A DNA stretch of 64,000 bases from a bacterium (GTDB taxonomy: Bacteria; Electryoneota; Electryoneia; Electryoneales; Electryoneaceae): NCBI GenBank assembly GCA_963669175.1, contig OY769902.1, forward strand, positions 2,677,586-2,741,585, given 5' to 3'. Position numbers and translations under genes: made by a program. This document shows positions 18,913 to 31,588 of the stretch, one piece after another; position 1 is the stretch's first letter, and every line of letters begins with the position of its first letter. The notes under the pieces were generated by a model, which saw nothing but the letters and a program-made list of their open reading frames with translations, did no database searches and was not told the DNA's origin.

Positions 18913-19111
18913 CTGTATTTCCTATGTATATAACTCAGACTTTTTGAGGATTGCGTCCCGAAGTACAGGGAAAATAGTGTCTCGCCGTTTGTTTGAAAGT
19001 TCGGATTTTTCCAGATTGGAATCAACATGTTTGAATACAAAATTCCTTTTTTATAGAAGGATGTCTCAAGAATTAATAACTTAAAGCCAGGTAAACTAAT
19101 AAAAGGGCGCG

Positions 19112-19177
19112 TGGCCCGACTGCTTGCTGTCGGGTTTCTGAGCCTTCCCTGAGTCCCGACAGCAAGCAGTCGGGCCA
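19112..19177. repeat. Two copies (inverted relative to each other) of the REP-like element GAAACCCGACAGCAAGCAGTCGGGCCA
   Basis: 19112-19138 is the exact reverse complement of the 13911 unit. 19152-19177 is a direct copy. Located in an AT-rich intergenic region downstream of the nuclease-like gene. Confidence 0.85.
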
Positions 19178-19572
19178 TACGCATAAAAGACAAAGAATTA
19201 AACTAAAAGACAAAGGACTAACTCTTTGATCTAATTATAATAGACCACCGCCAGCAAGCTGGCGGGGCCAAAGGGCATTGCAATAGACTCCTGACAGTGA
19301 GCAGTTGGACAAAAGCTGTTTTAGCGTTCGGGAGTAGAGAATGGGGGCTTTTGATCCGAAAACAGAACCGCAATCATATGTCTCCTGCCCGAAAGTATCT
19401 ACTGAATGAAAAGTCTTGATTTACCCGGCATACTGGCATTACTACCGTATCTTCAGTAACTTCCGTTGGTGCAGTACGCTTCCAACTTCGCAGTTCAGGT
19501 TTTTCTTCCCGCATGCTTTCACCGCTCCGGCTCCCTTCGTATATTATTTGGTTAAAGCAAACCGGCGGAGAC

Positions 19573-20340
19573 ATGGGCAGGATCATAGCAATCGCAAACC
19601 AGAAGGGTGGTGTAGGCAAGACTACCACCGCGATCAACCTCGCTGCGGGGCTGGCAGTAGCGGAGAAACGTACGCTGCTCGTGGATTTCGATCCCCAGGC
19701 CAATGCAACCAGCGGGATGGGATTCGCTACGGATGGCAAGCTGTCTACGATTTACGATGTTTTGACCGGTGACGTGAAGCCGGAAGACGCGATACTGGAA
19801 ACCTCAATCCCGTCGTTGTACCTGCTCCCGGCGCATATCAAGCTGGTTGGCGCTGAAATTGAGCTGGTGAACCTGGAGAATCGGGAGCGTCTGCTCCGTA
19901 TGCGCGCCCGTCAATATCTGAAAGACAATTTCGACTTTGTGCTGATTGACAATATGCCCAGCCTGGGACTACTTACAGTGAATTCTCTGGTCTGCGCCGA
20001 TTCCGTCATTATCCCGGTCCAGACCGAGTATTATGCGTTGGAAGGGTTGAGCCAGTTATTGCAGACGATCAAGCTGGTGCAGCAGCACCTGAACCCGCAG
20101 CTCAAGATCGAAGGTGCGGTGATGACCATGTTCGACAGCCGGTTGAACCTGGCGCGTCAGGTGGTGGAAGAGGTCTACAAGCATTTTAAGGGTAAAGTTT
20201 TTCATACACCGATATTCCGCAATGTCCGTTTGAGTGAAGCGCCCAGTTATGGCTTGCCGATCATGATGTATGATCTGTCCAGTCGTGGCGCTGAGAACTA
20301 CATGGCGTTGACCGAGGAGGTGATCAAGCATGGCGCGTAA
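19573..20340 (+). CDS. parA: Chromosome-partitioning ATPase ParA/Soj
   Basis: Deviant Walker A KGGVGKTTT, followed by ...LLVDFDPQANATSG... Overlaps parB by 11 nt. Confidence 0.9.
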   Translation: MGRIIAIANQKGGVGKTTTAINLAAGLAVAEKRTLLVDFDPQANATSGMGFATDGKLSTIYDVLTGDVKPEDAILETSIPSLYLLPAHIKLVGAEIELVNLENRERLLRMRARQYLKDNFDFVLIDNMPSLGLLTVNSLVCADSVIIPVQTEYYALEGLSQLLQTIKLVQQHLNPQLKIEGAVMTMFDSRLNLARQVVEEVYKHFKGKVFHTPIFRNVRLSEAPSYGLPIMMYDLSSRGAENYMALTEEVIKHGA

Positions 20341-21217
20341 GGGGGGGCTGGGCAAAGGGTTGTCCGCATTGATTCCGAACGCGGATGAAAGTGATCTGAG
20401 CATCAATTCATCGCTGGAAATCGAACTGGCCTTGATCGAGCCGAGGCGTGATCAGCCGCGAATCCGGTTTGATCCGGAAGCGCAGGCGGACCTGGTGCAA
20501 TCCATCCGTACACAGGGCGTATTGCAGCCGCTGCTGGTCACACCACGTGGCGACAAATACATCCTCGTTGCCGGGGAACGGCGCTATCGTGCGTCACGAG
20601 CGGCCGGATTGTACACCGTGCCCTGCCGTGTGCTGGATGAGTTGGATGATCAGCAGCTCCTGGAAATCAGCCTTGTCGAAAATGTTCAGCGTGAAGACCT
20701 GAACCCTATCGAACTGGCAATGGGCTATCGTCGGATGATCGAAGACCTGGGCATGACGCAGCAGCAGGTGGCGGATCGTGTGGGGAAGGATCGTGTCACA
20801 ATCGCCAACATGCTGCGCCTGCTGAAACTGCCGGAACCGATCCTGAACATGGTGCTGGACGGTGAACTGACCGGCGGGCATGCACGTGCGCTATTGATGC
20901 TGAAAAGCGATGCGGACCGGGTGGCATGGGCGAAGAAAAGCGTTGAACAATCACTTTCCGTGCGCGATGTGGAGCATGCCGCGCAGGTTGCCGAGAAGAA
21001 AGTCAAACCCGCTCCGAACCCGAAAAAGACTCCGCAACAGGCCTCGCAGGATGTCCATGCCAGTGATGTCGCACGTCAGCTCGAAGAGAAGTTGGGCATG
21101 TCTGTCGATGTGAAGCACAAGGGACCGGGCGGGAAAGTGATTCTGCATTACAATGACCTGGACGATCTGGATGAACTGATAGCCAATCTTACCATGGGGA
21201 GTCCTCCTGTCGAGTAA
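20330..21217 (+). CDS. parB: Chromosome-partitioning protein ParB/Spo0J
   Basis: N-terminal GLGKGLSALI, ParB box ...LLVTPRGDKYILVAGERRYRA..., and an HTH region. Confidence 0.9.
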   Translation: MARKGGLGKGLSALIPNADESDLSINSSLEIELALIEPRRDQPRIRFDPEAQADLVQSIRTQGVLQPLLVTPRGDKYILVAGERRYRASRAAGLYTVPCRVLDELDDQQLLEISLVENVQREDLNPIELAMGYRRMIEDLGMTQQQVADRVGKDRVTIANMLRLLKLPEPILNMVLDGELTGGHARALLMLKSDADRVAWAKKSVEQSLSVRDVEHAAQVAEKKVKPAPNPKKTPQQASQDVHASDVARQLEEKLGMSVDVKHKGPGGKVILHYNDLDDLDELIANLTMGSPPVE

Positions 21218-21220
21218 GCT

Positions 21221-23770
21221 ATGAATGTACGCCGGACGGCCGAACAGGGATTTCACGCGGCGCTTCGCCGGACGGCGGATGCGGACGCGGCCGTACGCGC
21301 TATCATGAGACCCTACCAATCTCATTGTGAAGGACTGATCATACTCGCGACCGGCGGGTATGGTCGCGGTGACAATTCTCTCCGAAGCGACCTCGACCTC
21401 ATCTTTCTAACCGACGATGATTCTGACCGTTACGCTGAATCCTTGCGGAAACTGGTGCAGTCCTTATGGGATCATGGCTGGACGCCGGGGCAGACGCTTT
21501 TCTCCCTGAACGAACTGGATAAAGAGCTGCTGACTGTCCCGGATCGGGCGTCCGCGTTGCTGGAATCACGCAAGGTATGGGGTGATCCCAAGGTCGCGGA
21601 TAAAATGGACCTGAAGCTGAACTCGACCATGAGCCGGAAGGTCTGGACCCGTTTTGTCGAAGAAAAACACATCGAGTATGTCTTCCGACGCAGGAAGTTC
21701 GGCGAATCCGTGCGGGTGATCGAGCCGGACTTGAAAGCACAGGCAGGCGGCCTGCGAGATCTGCACCATGTCTTCTGGATCGAACGGGCTCGCATGGCTC
21801 GTGAGAATGGCTGGCGGGTGCAACGCAGGCGATACGCATCAATCCCACCATTTCTGAACCGTCTGGCCAACGAGAAGCACCTGACACAACCTGAAGCGGA
21901 AGACCTGACCAATGCTTATGGTGTACTGCTGTATGTTCGTGAGAACCTGCGTGAAGTAGCGATTCGATCCGACAACCAGTTAACCGTGGAACTTCAGCCA
22001 AAGGTCGGGCTCAGGCTTGGCATCAGCGGTGACGACCAGCAGGTGATGCGAACCCTGATGCGCCAGGTTTACTGGGCAATGGAGAAGCTGGCGCGGTTTT
22101 CCGAAGAGTTCGGAACTGTACTGAGCGATGTAACCGGGCATGGGATTCCGCAACGCAAACCCCTGATTGAGATCCAAAGCGCTTCAGAAGTATCCGGTCT
22201 GATTTACATGGAGGAAGACGGGCCGGAAAAGGCTGCGTCGTCACCGGAGAACCTGTTGGGGCTTGTCGATGCCTGCATGGAGATGGAAGCTTCCCTGTCC
22301 GGAAGCGTACGTCACAGGCTGCGTCGTGAAGTGAATCGTAATTATTCACATGAACACAATCCGAAAAAGTGGGCTGGAGCGTTGGCCGACTGGTTCAAAC
22401 TGTCTGATGGTGTCGGAAGACGCCTGCGCAGGTTGTCCGAACTTGATGCGATTGAGCCCTGGCTGCAGGAATGGCGTGAAGTAAACGGTCTTTCAACGGG
22501 CAGCTTTTATCATACCTATACGGTGGATGAACACACCCTGCGTGCTTTGGAAGAGCTGGACCGTCTGCCGAACAAAAGCCTGGAAGGGCTGGCCGGGACA
22601 CTCTGGCAGGGATTCGCAAAGAAGGAATGGGTTTACCTGGCGATATTGCTGCATGATATCGCCAAGGGGCGTCCCGGGGATCATGGCTTGCTTGGCGCTG
22701 AAGTGGCAGAAGAGGCCATGCAGCGCTTGGGGTGGGATCACCTTGCTGAACCTGTCGCCCACCTCGTTCGTATCCACTTGAAAATGGAACAGACCGCGTT
22801 TCGTCGAGATCCGACTGATTCGACCGTATTACAGGATTTTGCCGAGCTGGTCGGTGATGAGAACATGCTGGTTGCGCTTTATCTCCTGACAGTATGCGAT
22901 CTTCGTGCGGTTCGAAACGGAGTCTGGACAGCCTGGAAGGGACGTTTGCTGGCAGAGCTTTACCTCGCCACACGTCAGTGGATGTTGATCGGGCGGGAAC
23001 GTGTCATCTCGGTAAAAGACGAAGCGCAAATCCTGGTTCCGGATTCGCAGGAGAATGAAGCGGCGCGTCGTCATGCGGAAGAGTTTCTCGAAGACATGCG
23101 TAGCGAGTACCGCCAGGTTGTCCCGGCAGATGAAATTGCGAACCATCTTGAAGCGCGCGATGAAATACGTTCGGGACGAGAGAAATTCCGTTGGCTGATC
23201 GATCCGGAGAAGGATTTTATCGTTCTGGCGCTGGTTACCAAAGACCGATTGAGGTTGGTTGCGGATGTGGCAGGCCTGCTGGTCTCACAGGGGATCGGCA
23301 TTCGTGAGGCGCGCCTGTTCACCGGGAAAGACGGGATCGTTATTGACCGTTTCCGCGCAGAGGATATTGAACCGGATGGCATTCCGCTCGAAGAACGCTT
23401 GCGTCGTATCCCGGAGTATTGGGGTAAAATGGAACGCAAGGAAACCTCCATCAAACGCCTGATGGAGAGCTATACCCGGCGCAGCAGAAGAAGACGTCCC
23501 CCGGCGGCTGTGGTGGAAAGCGAGATCAACCTGGCATCAGCTCAAAAGGGCTGGTTTATTGATGTGTCGGCCTCCAACAGTATCGGCCTCCTGTATCGTC
23601 TATGTACGGCTATCAGCGAGTTCGGACTGGATATTCACGCTGCTCGTGTTACCACCCGTCTGGATGGTATTCATGATGCGTTCCTGGTTCGTGATCCTGC
23701 GAAAAAGCTGGAGGCGGAAGAAGGGCGCGACTTGTTGATGCGTAACCTGAAAAAGGCAGTTCATGAATAG
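21221..23770 (+). CDS. glnD: Bifunctional [protein-PII] uridylyltransferase/uridylyl-removing enzyme GlnD
   Basis: 849 aa. Nucleotidyltransferase motif GGYGRGD...SDLDL, HD domain (HDIAKG), and two C-terminal ACT-like domains. Confidence 0.8.
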   Translation: MNVRRTAEQGFHAALRRTADADAAVRAIMRPYQSHCEGLIILATGGYGRGDNSLRSDLDLIFLTDDDSDRYAESLRKLVQSLWDHGWTPGQTLFSLNELDKELLTVPDRASALLESRKVWGDPKVADKMDLKLNSTMSRKVWTRFVEEKHIEYVFRRRKFGESVRVIEPDLKAQAGGLRDLHHVFWIERARMARENGWRVQRRRYASIPPFLNRLANEKHLTQPEAEDLTNAYGVLLYVRENLREVAIRSDNQLTVELQPKVGLRLGISGDDQQVMRTLMRQVYWAMEKLARFSEEFGTVLSDVTGHGIPQRKPLIEIQSASEVSGLIYMEEDGPEKAASSPENLLGLVDACMEMEASLSGSVRHRLRREVNRNYSHEHNPKKWAGALADWFKLSDGVGRRLRRLSELDAIEPWLQEWREVNGLSTGSFYHTYTVDEHTLRALEELDRLPNKSLEGLAGTLWQGFAKKEWVYLAILLHDIAKGRPGDHGLLGAEVAEEAMQRLGWDHLAEPVAHLVRIHLKMEQTAFRRDPTDSTVLQDFAELVGDENMLVALYLLTVCDLRAVRNGVWTAWKGRLLAELYLATRQWMLIGRERVISVKDEAQILVPDSQENEAARRHAEEFLEDMRSEYRQVVPADEIANHLEARDEIRSGREKFRWLIDPEKDFIVLALVTKDRLRLVADVAGLLVSQGIGIREARLFTGKDGIVIDRFRAEDIEPDGIPLEERLRRIPEYWGKMERKETSIKRLMESYTRRSRRRRPPAAVVESEINLASAQKGWFIDVSASNSIGLLYRLCTAISEFGLDIHAARVTTRLDGIHDAFLVRDPAKKLEAEEGRDLLMRNLKKAVHE

Positions 23771-24380
23771 GGCGGCGTACATATCGGTTCGCCGTTTGGC
23801 CCTGTTGTTGCTGCTCACGGCTTTCCTGGCCGGGTGCGCAGGACTGAAACCTGATCCGGCTTACAATCGTACTCGCCCCAATGGAAAAAAATCGACTCCT
23901 TCCCAGGACAGAAGCGGTTCAGCAAGCGACAGAAAAACCACACCGGCGACACCCGGAGGGAGCGGGCATCAGGGATCGTCTGCAACTGCCAACAAAACAT
24001 CAGGGCCATACGCGCAGGACAAACTGACCCGCGAAATTGATACCTGGTGGGGCTCACCTTATCGCTGGGGCGGCAACACTCGTGGTGGAGTGGATTGCAG
24101 CGGGTATACGGTCGCGTTGATGAAGAATGTGTACGGGGTCACCATCCCACGCACCTCCTCGCTTCAGTACAAGTCCGGCGTAGCTGTTTCCAAGGGGAAC
24201 CTGCGGCGGGGCGACCTTGTCTTTTTTAATACGAACGGACGTGGTGTATCGCATGTCGGGGTGTACCTGGGCGCTGGGAAGTTTACCCATGTGTCCAACT
24301 CGGACGGCGTCACTATTGATGATCTGGACAGTCCTTATTACAAGAAACGGTATGTCGGGGCGAGGAGGGTATTAAAGTAA
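23763..24380 (+). CDS. NlpC/P60 (C40) family peptidoglycan hydrolase lipoprotein
   Basis: Lipobox LAGCAG. A low-complexity linker, then GVDCSGYTVALMKNVYGV (catalytic Cys) ... SHVGVYLG..FTHVS (His). Confidence 0.8.
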   Translation: MNRAAYISVRRLALLLLLTAFLAGCAGLKPDPAYNRTRPNGKKSTPSQDRSGSASDRKTTPATPGGSGHQGSSATANKTSGPYAQDKLTREIDTWWGSPYRWGGNTRGGVDCSGYTVALMKNVYGVTIPRTSSLQYKSGVAVSKGNLRRGDLVFFNTNGRGVSHVGVYLGAGKFTHVSNSDGVTIDDLDSPYYKKRYVGARRVLK

Positions 24381-24441
24381 AGAAGGTAAAGAAGGTAAAA
24401 AAGGTAAAAAAAAGTAAAGAAAGTAAAGAAGGTAATGAAAG
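24375..24441. repeat. Tandem repeat, 9-bp period (RGTAAAGAA)x7, beginning at the NlpC/P60 stop codon
   Basis: agtaaagaaggtaaagaaggtaaaaaaggtaaaaaaaagtaaagaaagtaaagaaggtaatgaaagtag. Confidence 0.9.
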
Positions 24442-24466
24442 TAGCCTGGCCATGCCTGGCCGGGAG
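24441..24466. repeat. Hairpin element GTAGCCTGGCCATGCCTGGCCGGGA (copy of 6356-6381)
   Basis: Differs from the 6356 copy by one base. Confidence 0.8.
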
Positions 24467-24470
24467 TTAT

Positions 24471-24533
24471 AAAGTTGTAAAGTTGTAAAGTTGTAAAGTT
24501 GTAAAGTTGTAAAGTTGTAAAGTTGTAAAGTTG
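24471..24533. repeat. Tandem repeat (AAGTTGTA)x8, 8-bp period
   Basis: Perfect 8-mer array. Confidence 0.95.
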
Positions 24534-24716
24534 TTTTGAGCTAAACTATAAAGATAAGTGTTTATCTGTTTGATATACTAAGATTAACAAGAAAAATTTT
24601 GTATTTTTGAATTATCATTAAAGAAAGGTTTTTATCCTGTCTTATCCTTCATATCCTTTCCATCCTGTAGAATCTTGCTGTCATCCTTGAAATCCTTGTA
24701 TCCTTGCATCCTGTGA

Positions 24717-26915
<2,199 letters not shown>

Positions 26916-26970
26916 AGACACCAGGTACTTTCCTTTATATGGCTGGTGTCAGGTCACACGCCGCTTCGCG

Positions 26971-27057
26971 TCGCAAGACCTGACACAACGTGTCGGCAAG
27001 ACCTGACACAACTTGCAGGTAGATCTGACACAACATGACGGCAAGAGCTGATATTGC
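26971..27057. repeat. Imperfect tandem repeat of a 22-23-nt unit containing CAAGACCTGACACAAC (3-4 copies) with partial inverted copies to 27116
   Basis: tcgcaagacctgacacaacgtg / tcggcaagacctgacacaacttg / caggtagatctgacacaacatg. Related copies in both orientations at 32590-32870. Confidence 0.8.
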
Positions 27058-27206
27058 TGGATTTAAATGTTCCGTCAGATCTTGCGCACACGTTTTTCGT
27101 GCGTGTGACCTGACGGCTGCGATGCAAGTGGGAGTATCAGCACAGCGATTGCGAGTTTCAGCAAAAAGTTCTACTACAACCATAAACGAAGTGAAGAGGT
27201 AGAGTT

Positions 27207-27773
27207 ATGGCCAATACGGCCGATTTCCGCAACGGCATGGTCATCCGTTTCAGTGGTGATCCGTTTATTATCGTAGAGTTTCAGCATGTGAAGCCCGGTA
27301 AGGGCGGCGCGTTTGTACGCACCAAGCTGAAGAACATCGTAACCGGTCGCGTTATTGACAATACCTTCCGCGCTGGTGAAAAGGTGGAAGAAGTGCGTGT
27401 AGTCGCACGTCAAATGCAGTACCTGTACCAGGAAGGCGACAATTATGTCTTCATGGAAGGGGAAACCTACGAACAGTTTTACCTGGACCGCGAGATGCTG
27501 GGTGATGATGTCATCAAGTATCTGAAAGATGGTGAAGAGTACAAGGTTCTTTTCGAAGGCGATACTCCGCTGATCGTAGAAGTGCCATTCTTCATGGTCC
27601 TGGAAGTAACTGAGACCGAGCCGGGCGTAAAGGGAGATACCGTCTCCAACACCACCAAGCCGGCCACCCTGGAAACAGGAGCGGTTGTGCAGGTGCCGTT
27701 GTTTGTGGATGTGGGTGAGTTCATCAAGGTTGATACCCGCACTGATGAGTATCTCGAACGGGTGAAGAAGTAA
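27207..27773 (+). CDS. efp: Elongation factor P
   Basis: 188 aa. Conserved ...[15 protein letters not shown]... loop (beta-lysylation-site region) and three OB domains. Confidence 0.95.
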   Translation: MANTADFRNGMVIRFSGDPFIIVEFQHVKPGKGGAFVRTKLKNIVTGRVIDNTFRAGEKVEEVRVVARQMQYLYQEGDNYVFMEGETYEQFYLDREMLGDDVIKYLKDGEEYKVLFEGDTPLIVEVPFFMVLEVTETEPGVKGDTVSNTTKPATLETGAVVQVPLFVDVGEFIKVDTRTDEYLERVKK

Positions 27774-27810
27774 ACCCGTATTTAACACAGCACATCACAG
27801 GGAGTACTTC

Positions 27811-28287
27811 ATGGATTGGTCAGAAGTACGGAAACTGGTAAAGCTGGTGGAAGCCAGCGAGATCCAGGAACTGGAGCTTGAGAAGGAAGGGACCAGGCTC
27901 CGTATCCTGAAGCCGCAGCCGAAAATTGTTGAAATTCAGCAGGTAGCTGCTCCGGCCACGGTCACCATTCCTGCCCAGCCCGCAGCGCCCGTACAGGCTG
28001 CACTGGCAGCGGAAACGGTAGTGGAGAAGAAGGAAACAGCTCAATATCACGAAGTAAAATCGCCGATGGTCGGGACATTTTACCGTGCCCCGTCCCCCGA
28101 TGCCGATCCTTATGTACAGGTTGGTGACAAGGTGAAACAGGGGCAAACCCTGTGCATCGTGGAAGCGATGAAGCTGATGAACGAGATCGAGGCGGATGCG
28201 ACCGGTACCGTTGTTGACATTCTCTGCGAGAATGAGGAACCGGTAGAGTTCGGCCAGGTAATGTTCCTAATCGACCCAAAGGCATAA
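27811..28287 (+). CDS. accB: Acetyl-CoA carboxylase biotin carboxyl carrier protein
   Basis: Ala/Pro-rich linker and C-terminal biotinyl domain with [13 protein letters not shown] (AMKM/L biotinylation motif). Confidence 0.9.
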   Translation: MDWSEVRKLVKLVEASEIQELELEKEGTRLRILKPQPKIVEIQQVAAPATVTIPAQPAAPVQAALAAETVVEKKETAQYHEVKSPMVGTFYRAPSPDADPYVQVGDKVKQGQTLCIVEAMKLMNEIEADATGTVVDILCENEEPVEFGQVMFLIDPKA

Positions 28288-28288
28288 C

Positions 28289-29656
28289 GTGTTTTCCAAA
28301 ATCCTGATAGCCAATCGTGGGGAAATCGCGCTTCGTGTCATCCGGGCCTGCCAGGAGATGGGCATTAAATCCGTAGCTGTTTACAGTGAAGCGGATGCCG
28401 ATGCCCTGCATGTCAAGTTCGCGGACCAGGCGGTCTGTATCGGACGTGCGCCTTCCAACCAGAGTTACCTGGATTACCGGAGAATCATATCCGCCGCCGA
28501 GATTACCGGTGCGGATGCTATTCATCCCGGGTATGGTTTCCTGGCGGAAAACGCTGAATTCGCAGAAATCTGCGATGAAAGCAATTTTGTCTTCATTGGC
28601 CCATCTCCGGATGCGATCAGCCGCATGGGCGATAAATCCCTGGCGCGCACGACCATGACCAATGCCGGGGTGCCGATTACGCCTGGAAGTGATGGTGCGA
28701 TCACGTCGCTGGAGCATGCACGCAAGCTGGCCGAGGAAATTGGTTACCCGGTGATCCTGAAGGCCAGCGCCGGTGGCGGCGGACGTGGGATGAGAATCGC
28801 ACGCAGCGAAGACGCCCTGGAATCCAGCTACGAAATGGCCCGTGCCGAAGCGGAAGCCGCCTTCTCCAATCCCGAAGTGTACATGGAGAAGTACATCCTT
28901 CAGCCTCGCCATGTGGAAATCCAGATCATGGCGGACCAGCATGGCAACGTGGTCCATTTCGGGGAACGTGATTGCTCGATTCAGCGTCGGCACCAGAAGT
29001 TGATCGAAGAGAGTCCTTCACCGGCTGTGACGCCTGAGATCCGCAAAGCGATGGGTGATGCTGCTGCGAAAGCGGCGCTTGGTGTCAACTATGTCGGCGC
29101 CGGAACAGTAGAATTCCTGCTGGACAAGAGTGGCGAATTCTACTTCATGGAGATGAATACACGAATTCAGGTAGAGCACCCGGTCACTGAAATGGTTACC
29201 GGAACTGACCTGATCCGTGAGCAGATCCGAGTTGCGGCAGGCGAAAAGCTTTCCTACAAGCAGAAAGATATCAAAGTTCGCGGGCATGCGATTGAGTGCC
29301 GTATCAATGCGGAAAATCCGGATAAAAACTTCCTGCCGGCTCCTGGACAGATTGAGAGCTACCATGTTCCCGGCGGGTTTGGAGTCCGAGTTGACAGCCA
29401 TGCTTACCAGGGATATCGCATACCGCCGCATTATGACTCCCTGATCGCAAAACTGGTGGTTCACGATGAGGATCGTGAAAAAGCGATCAGAAAAATGCGC
29501 TGGGCATTGCAAGAGTTTATTATTGAAGGTGTTCCGACAACGATTCCACTGCATTTGGCCTTGATGGACAGCGAGGAATTTAATTCCGGGGATGTCTCTA
29601 CCATGTGGTTAGAGGGCTGGATGCCGAAGTATCTTGCAGGGAGAAGTAACAAGTAA
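28289..29656 (+). CDS. accC: Acetyl-CoA carboxylase biotin carboxylase subunit
   Basis: 455 aa. [17 protein letters not shown] start, ATP-grasp motifs, ...[14 protein letters not shown]... Confidence 0.95.
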   Translation: MFSKILIANRGEIALRVIRACQEMGIKSVAVYSEADADALHVKFADQAVCIGRAPSNQSYLDYRRIISAAEITGADAIHPGYGFLAENAEFAEICDESNFVFIGPSPDAISRMGDKSLARTTMTNAGVPITPGSDGAITSLEHARKLAEEIGYPVILKASAGGGGRGMRIARSEDALESSYEMARAEAEAAFSNPEVYMEKYILQPRHVEIQIMADQHGNVVHFGERDCSIQRRHQKLIEESPSPAVTPEIRKAMGDAAAKAALGVNYVGAGTVEFLLDKSGEFYFMEMNTRIQVEHPVTEMVTGTDLIREQIRVAAGEKLSYKQKDIKVRGHAIECRINAENPDKNFLPAPGQIESYHVPGGFGVRVDSHAYQGYRIPPHYDSLIAKLVVHDEDREKAIRKMRWALQEFIIEGVPTTIPLHLALMDSEEFNSGDVSTMWLEGWMPKYLAGRSNK

Positions 29657-29709
29657 AACTGGAGTCTCGGACAAAGGGACCATTTTTCTTTGTGTGAAGG
29701 GAGACGATC

Positions 29710-30090
29710 ATGGCCGATGTACCAAACAACCTGAAGTATACCGAAGATCATGAATGGGTGAAGCTCGATGGCGATATCGCCACGATTGGGATTACGGATT
29801 ACGCACAGGGTGAACTGGGTGACGTGGTATTCCTCGAACTGCCGGAAGTAGACGAAGAATTCGGCCAGGGCGATACCATGGGCTCAATTGAAGCGGTAAA
29901 GACTGTGGCGGACGTATACGCGCCGATCTCCGGCAAGGTTATCGAGATCAACGAGAAGCTCGATGACGCTCCGGAAACAGTCAACCAGGATCCTTACGGT
30001 GAAGGCTGGTTTGTCAAGGTCCAGGTTTCGGACAAGACCGAACTTGACGGCCTGATGGACGCCGAAGCTTACGGGCAGCACATCGCATAA
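29710..30090 (+). CDS. gcvH: Glycine cleavage system H protein
   Basis: 126 aa. Lipoyl-lysine motif ...[15 protein letters not shown]... Confidence 0.9.
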   Translation: MADVPNNLKYTEDHEWVKLDGDIATIGITDYAQGELGDVVFLELPEVDEEFGQGDTMGSIEAVKTVADVYAPISGKVIEINEKLDDAPETVNQDPYGEGWFVKVQVSDKTELDGLMDAEAYGQHIA

Positions 30091-30096
30091 GTTTTA

Positions 30097-30128
30097 ACCC
30101 GGAGGAAACTCCTCCGGGTTGAATTTGG
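30097..30128 (+). terminator. Hairpin ACCCGGAGGaaactCCTCCGGGT plus a weak U-tract, between gcvH and gcvPA
   Basis: 9-bp GC-rich stem followed by TGAATTTGG. Could be a partial terminator or attenuator. Confidence 0.4.
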
Positions 30129-30222
30129 ATCATCCGCAACGGGTTTAGAGTCGGCAAGGACTCTATAACCCGTTTTGGATACCAGAACAAACCCGGTACA
30201 AACGGGTCAGGAGCACAGACCT

Positions 30223-31566
30223 ATGGCCTATGTGCCGCACACGGATGCCCAGATCGCCGAGATGCTGAAGGCGATCGGAGTTGAAAAGTTCGAAGATCTG
30301 ATTCGGGCAATTCCGGAAGACATACGGTTGACCGAAGGATTGGATATGGCGGAAGGGTTGTCCGAGCTGGAAACCCGTACAGCCATGGATGTCCTGGCGA
30401 GCGCAAACCGTAGTGCAACAGACAGCATCAGTTTTCTCGGTGGTGGCAGTTACGACCACTTTATCCCGGCCGGTGTCAGCGCGTTGACATCACGCAGCGA
30501 ATGGTACACCGCGTATACGCCGTATCAGCCGGAAGTTTCGCAGGGAACCCTGCAGGCCATCTACGAATACCAGTCTGTCATCTGTGACATCACCGGTATG
30601 GATGTGGCCAACGCCAGTATTTATGATGGCGCTACAGCTTTGAACGAAGCGATGTTGCTGGGCCTTCGTTCGCAGCGCAAACGCACCCGTATTGTCGCTT
30701 CATTGGGGATTCACCCGCATTACCTGCAGGTGTTACGTACTTATGCGACGACGTCAGACATCAATCTCGAGTTCCTGCCCGTCGTGAAGGGACGTACGGA
30801 ACCTGAAATGCTGAAGGACGCGTTGGGTGATGATGCGGCCGTGTTCCTGTTCGCGCAACCGAATTTCTTCGGCGTGCTTGAGGATGCAGAAACACTGACG
30901 CAGATCGCACACGATGCCGGCGCAGTTGTGGGTGTCAGCATGTACCCGGTCAGCCTGGGCATGTTGAAAACTCCGCGCGAGTTCGGCGCTGATATCGTAA
31001 CGGGTGAAGGGCAGTGCCTGGGTAACCCGATGGGCTTCGGTGGGCCGTACCTGGGTGTTTTCGCTACGACTACCAAGCTGATGCGTCAGATGCCGGGCCG
31101 TATCGCTGGCCAGACCACGGATGTGGAAGGCAAACGCGGATTTGTGCTGACCCTGCAAACGCGTGAACAGCATATCCGTCGAGGCAAAGCAACGTCCAAC
31201 ATCTGCACCAACGAAGGTCTTAACGCCCTGACCGCCGTGATTCACATGGCGCTGATAGGCAAAGAGGGCTTCAAGCAGGTCGCGGAGCTGTGTTACCATA
31301 AGGCGCATTACCTGCATGATCAGATCAAGGCGCTGGATGGGTATGCAATGGCGTACGATCATCCGTTCTTCAATGAATTTGTCGTGAAGACTCCAATTCC
31401 GGCCAGGGATGTGGTCAGCAAACTGGAAGCGAAGGGAATCTTCCCGGGCATCCGTTTGGACCGTTTCTTCCCGGAGATGGAGAATGACCTGTTGGTGGCA
31501 GTAACCGAGAAGCGTACCAAACAGGATATGGACCGGCTGGTCGAGGAGCTTGCGGCCATCCGGTAA
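30223..31566 (+). CDS. gcvPA: Glycine dehydrogenase (decarboxylating) subunit 1
   Basis: About 448 aa, PLP-dependent fold. Starts MAYVPHTDAQIAEMLKAIGV, typical of the GcvPA N-terminus. RBS caggag upstream of 30223. Confidence 0.85.
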   Translation: MAYVPHTDAQIAEMLKAIGVEKFEDLIRAIPEDIRLTEGLDMAEGLSELETRTAMDVLASANRSATDSISFLGGGSYDHFIPAGVSALTSRSEWYTAYTPYQPEVSQGTLQAIYEYQSVICDITGMDVANASIYDGATALNEAMLLGLRSQRKRTRIVASLGIHPHYLQVLRTYATTSDINLEFLPVVKGRTEPEMLKDALGDDAAVFLFAQPNFFGVLEDAETLTQIAHDAGAVVGVSMYPVSLGMLKTPREFGADIVTGEGQCLGNPMGFGGPYLGVFATTTKLMRQMPGRIAGQTTDVEGKRGFVLTLQTREQHIRRGKATSNICTNEGLNALTAVIHMALIGKEGFKQVAELCYHKAHYLHDQIKALDGYAMAYDHPFFNEFVVKTPIPARDVVSKLEAKGIFPGIRLDRFFPEMENDLLVAVTEKRTKQDMDRLVEELAAIR

Positions 31567-31588
31567 ATTGCCGGATAAGGAGGCACGC

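Noticed and set aside
19195-19572. parS site near parAB
   Set aside because: No match to TGTTTCACGTGAAACA was found by inspection in or around parAB. It may lie elsewhere.
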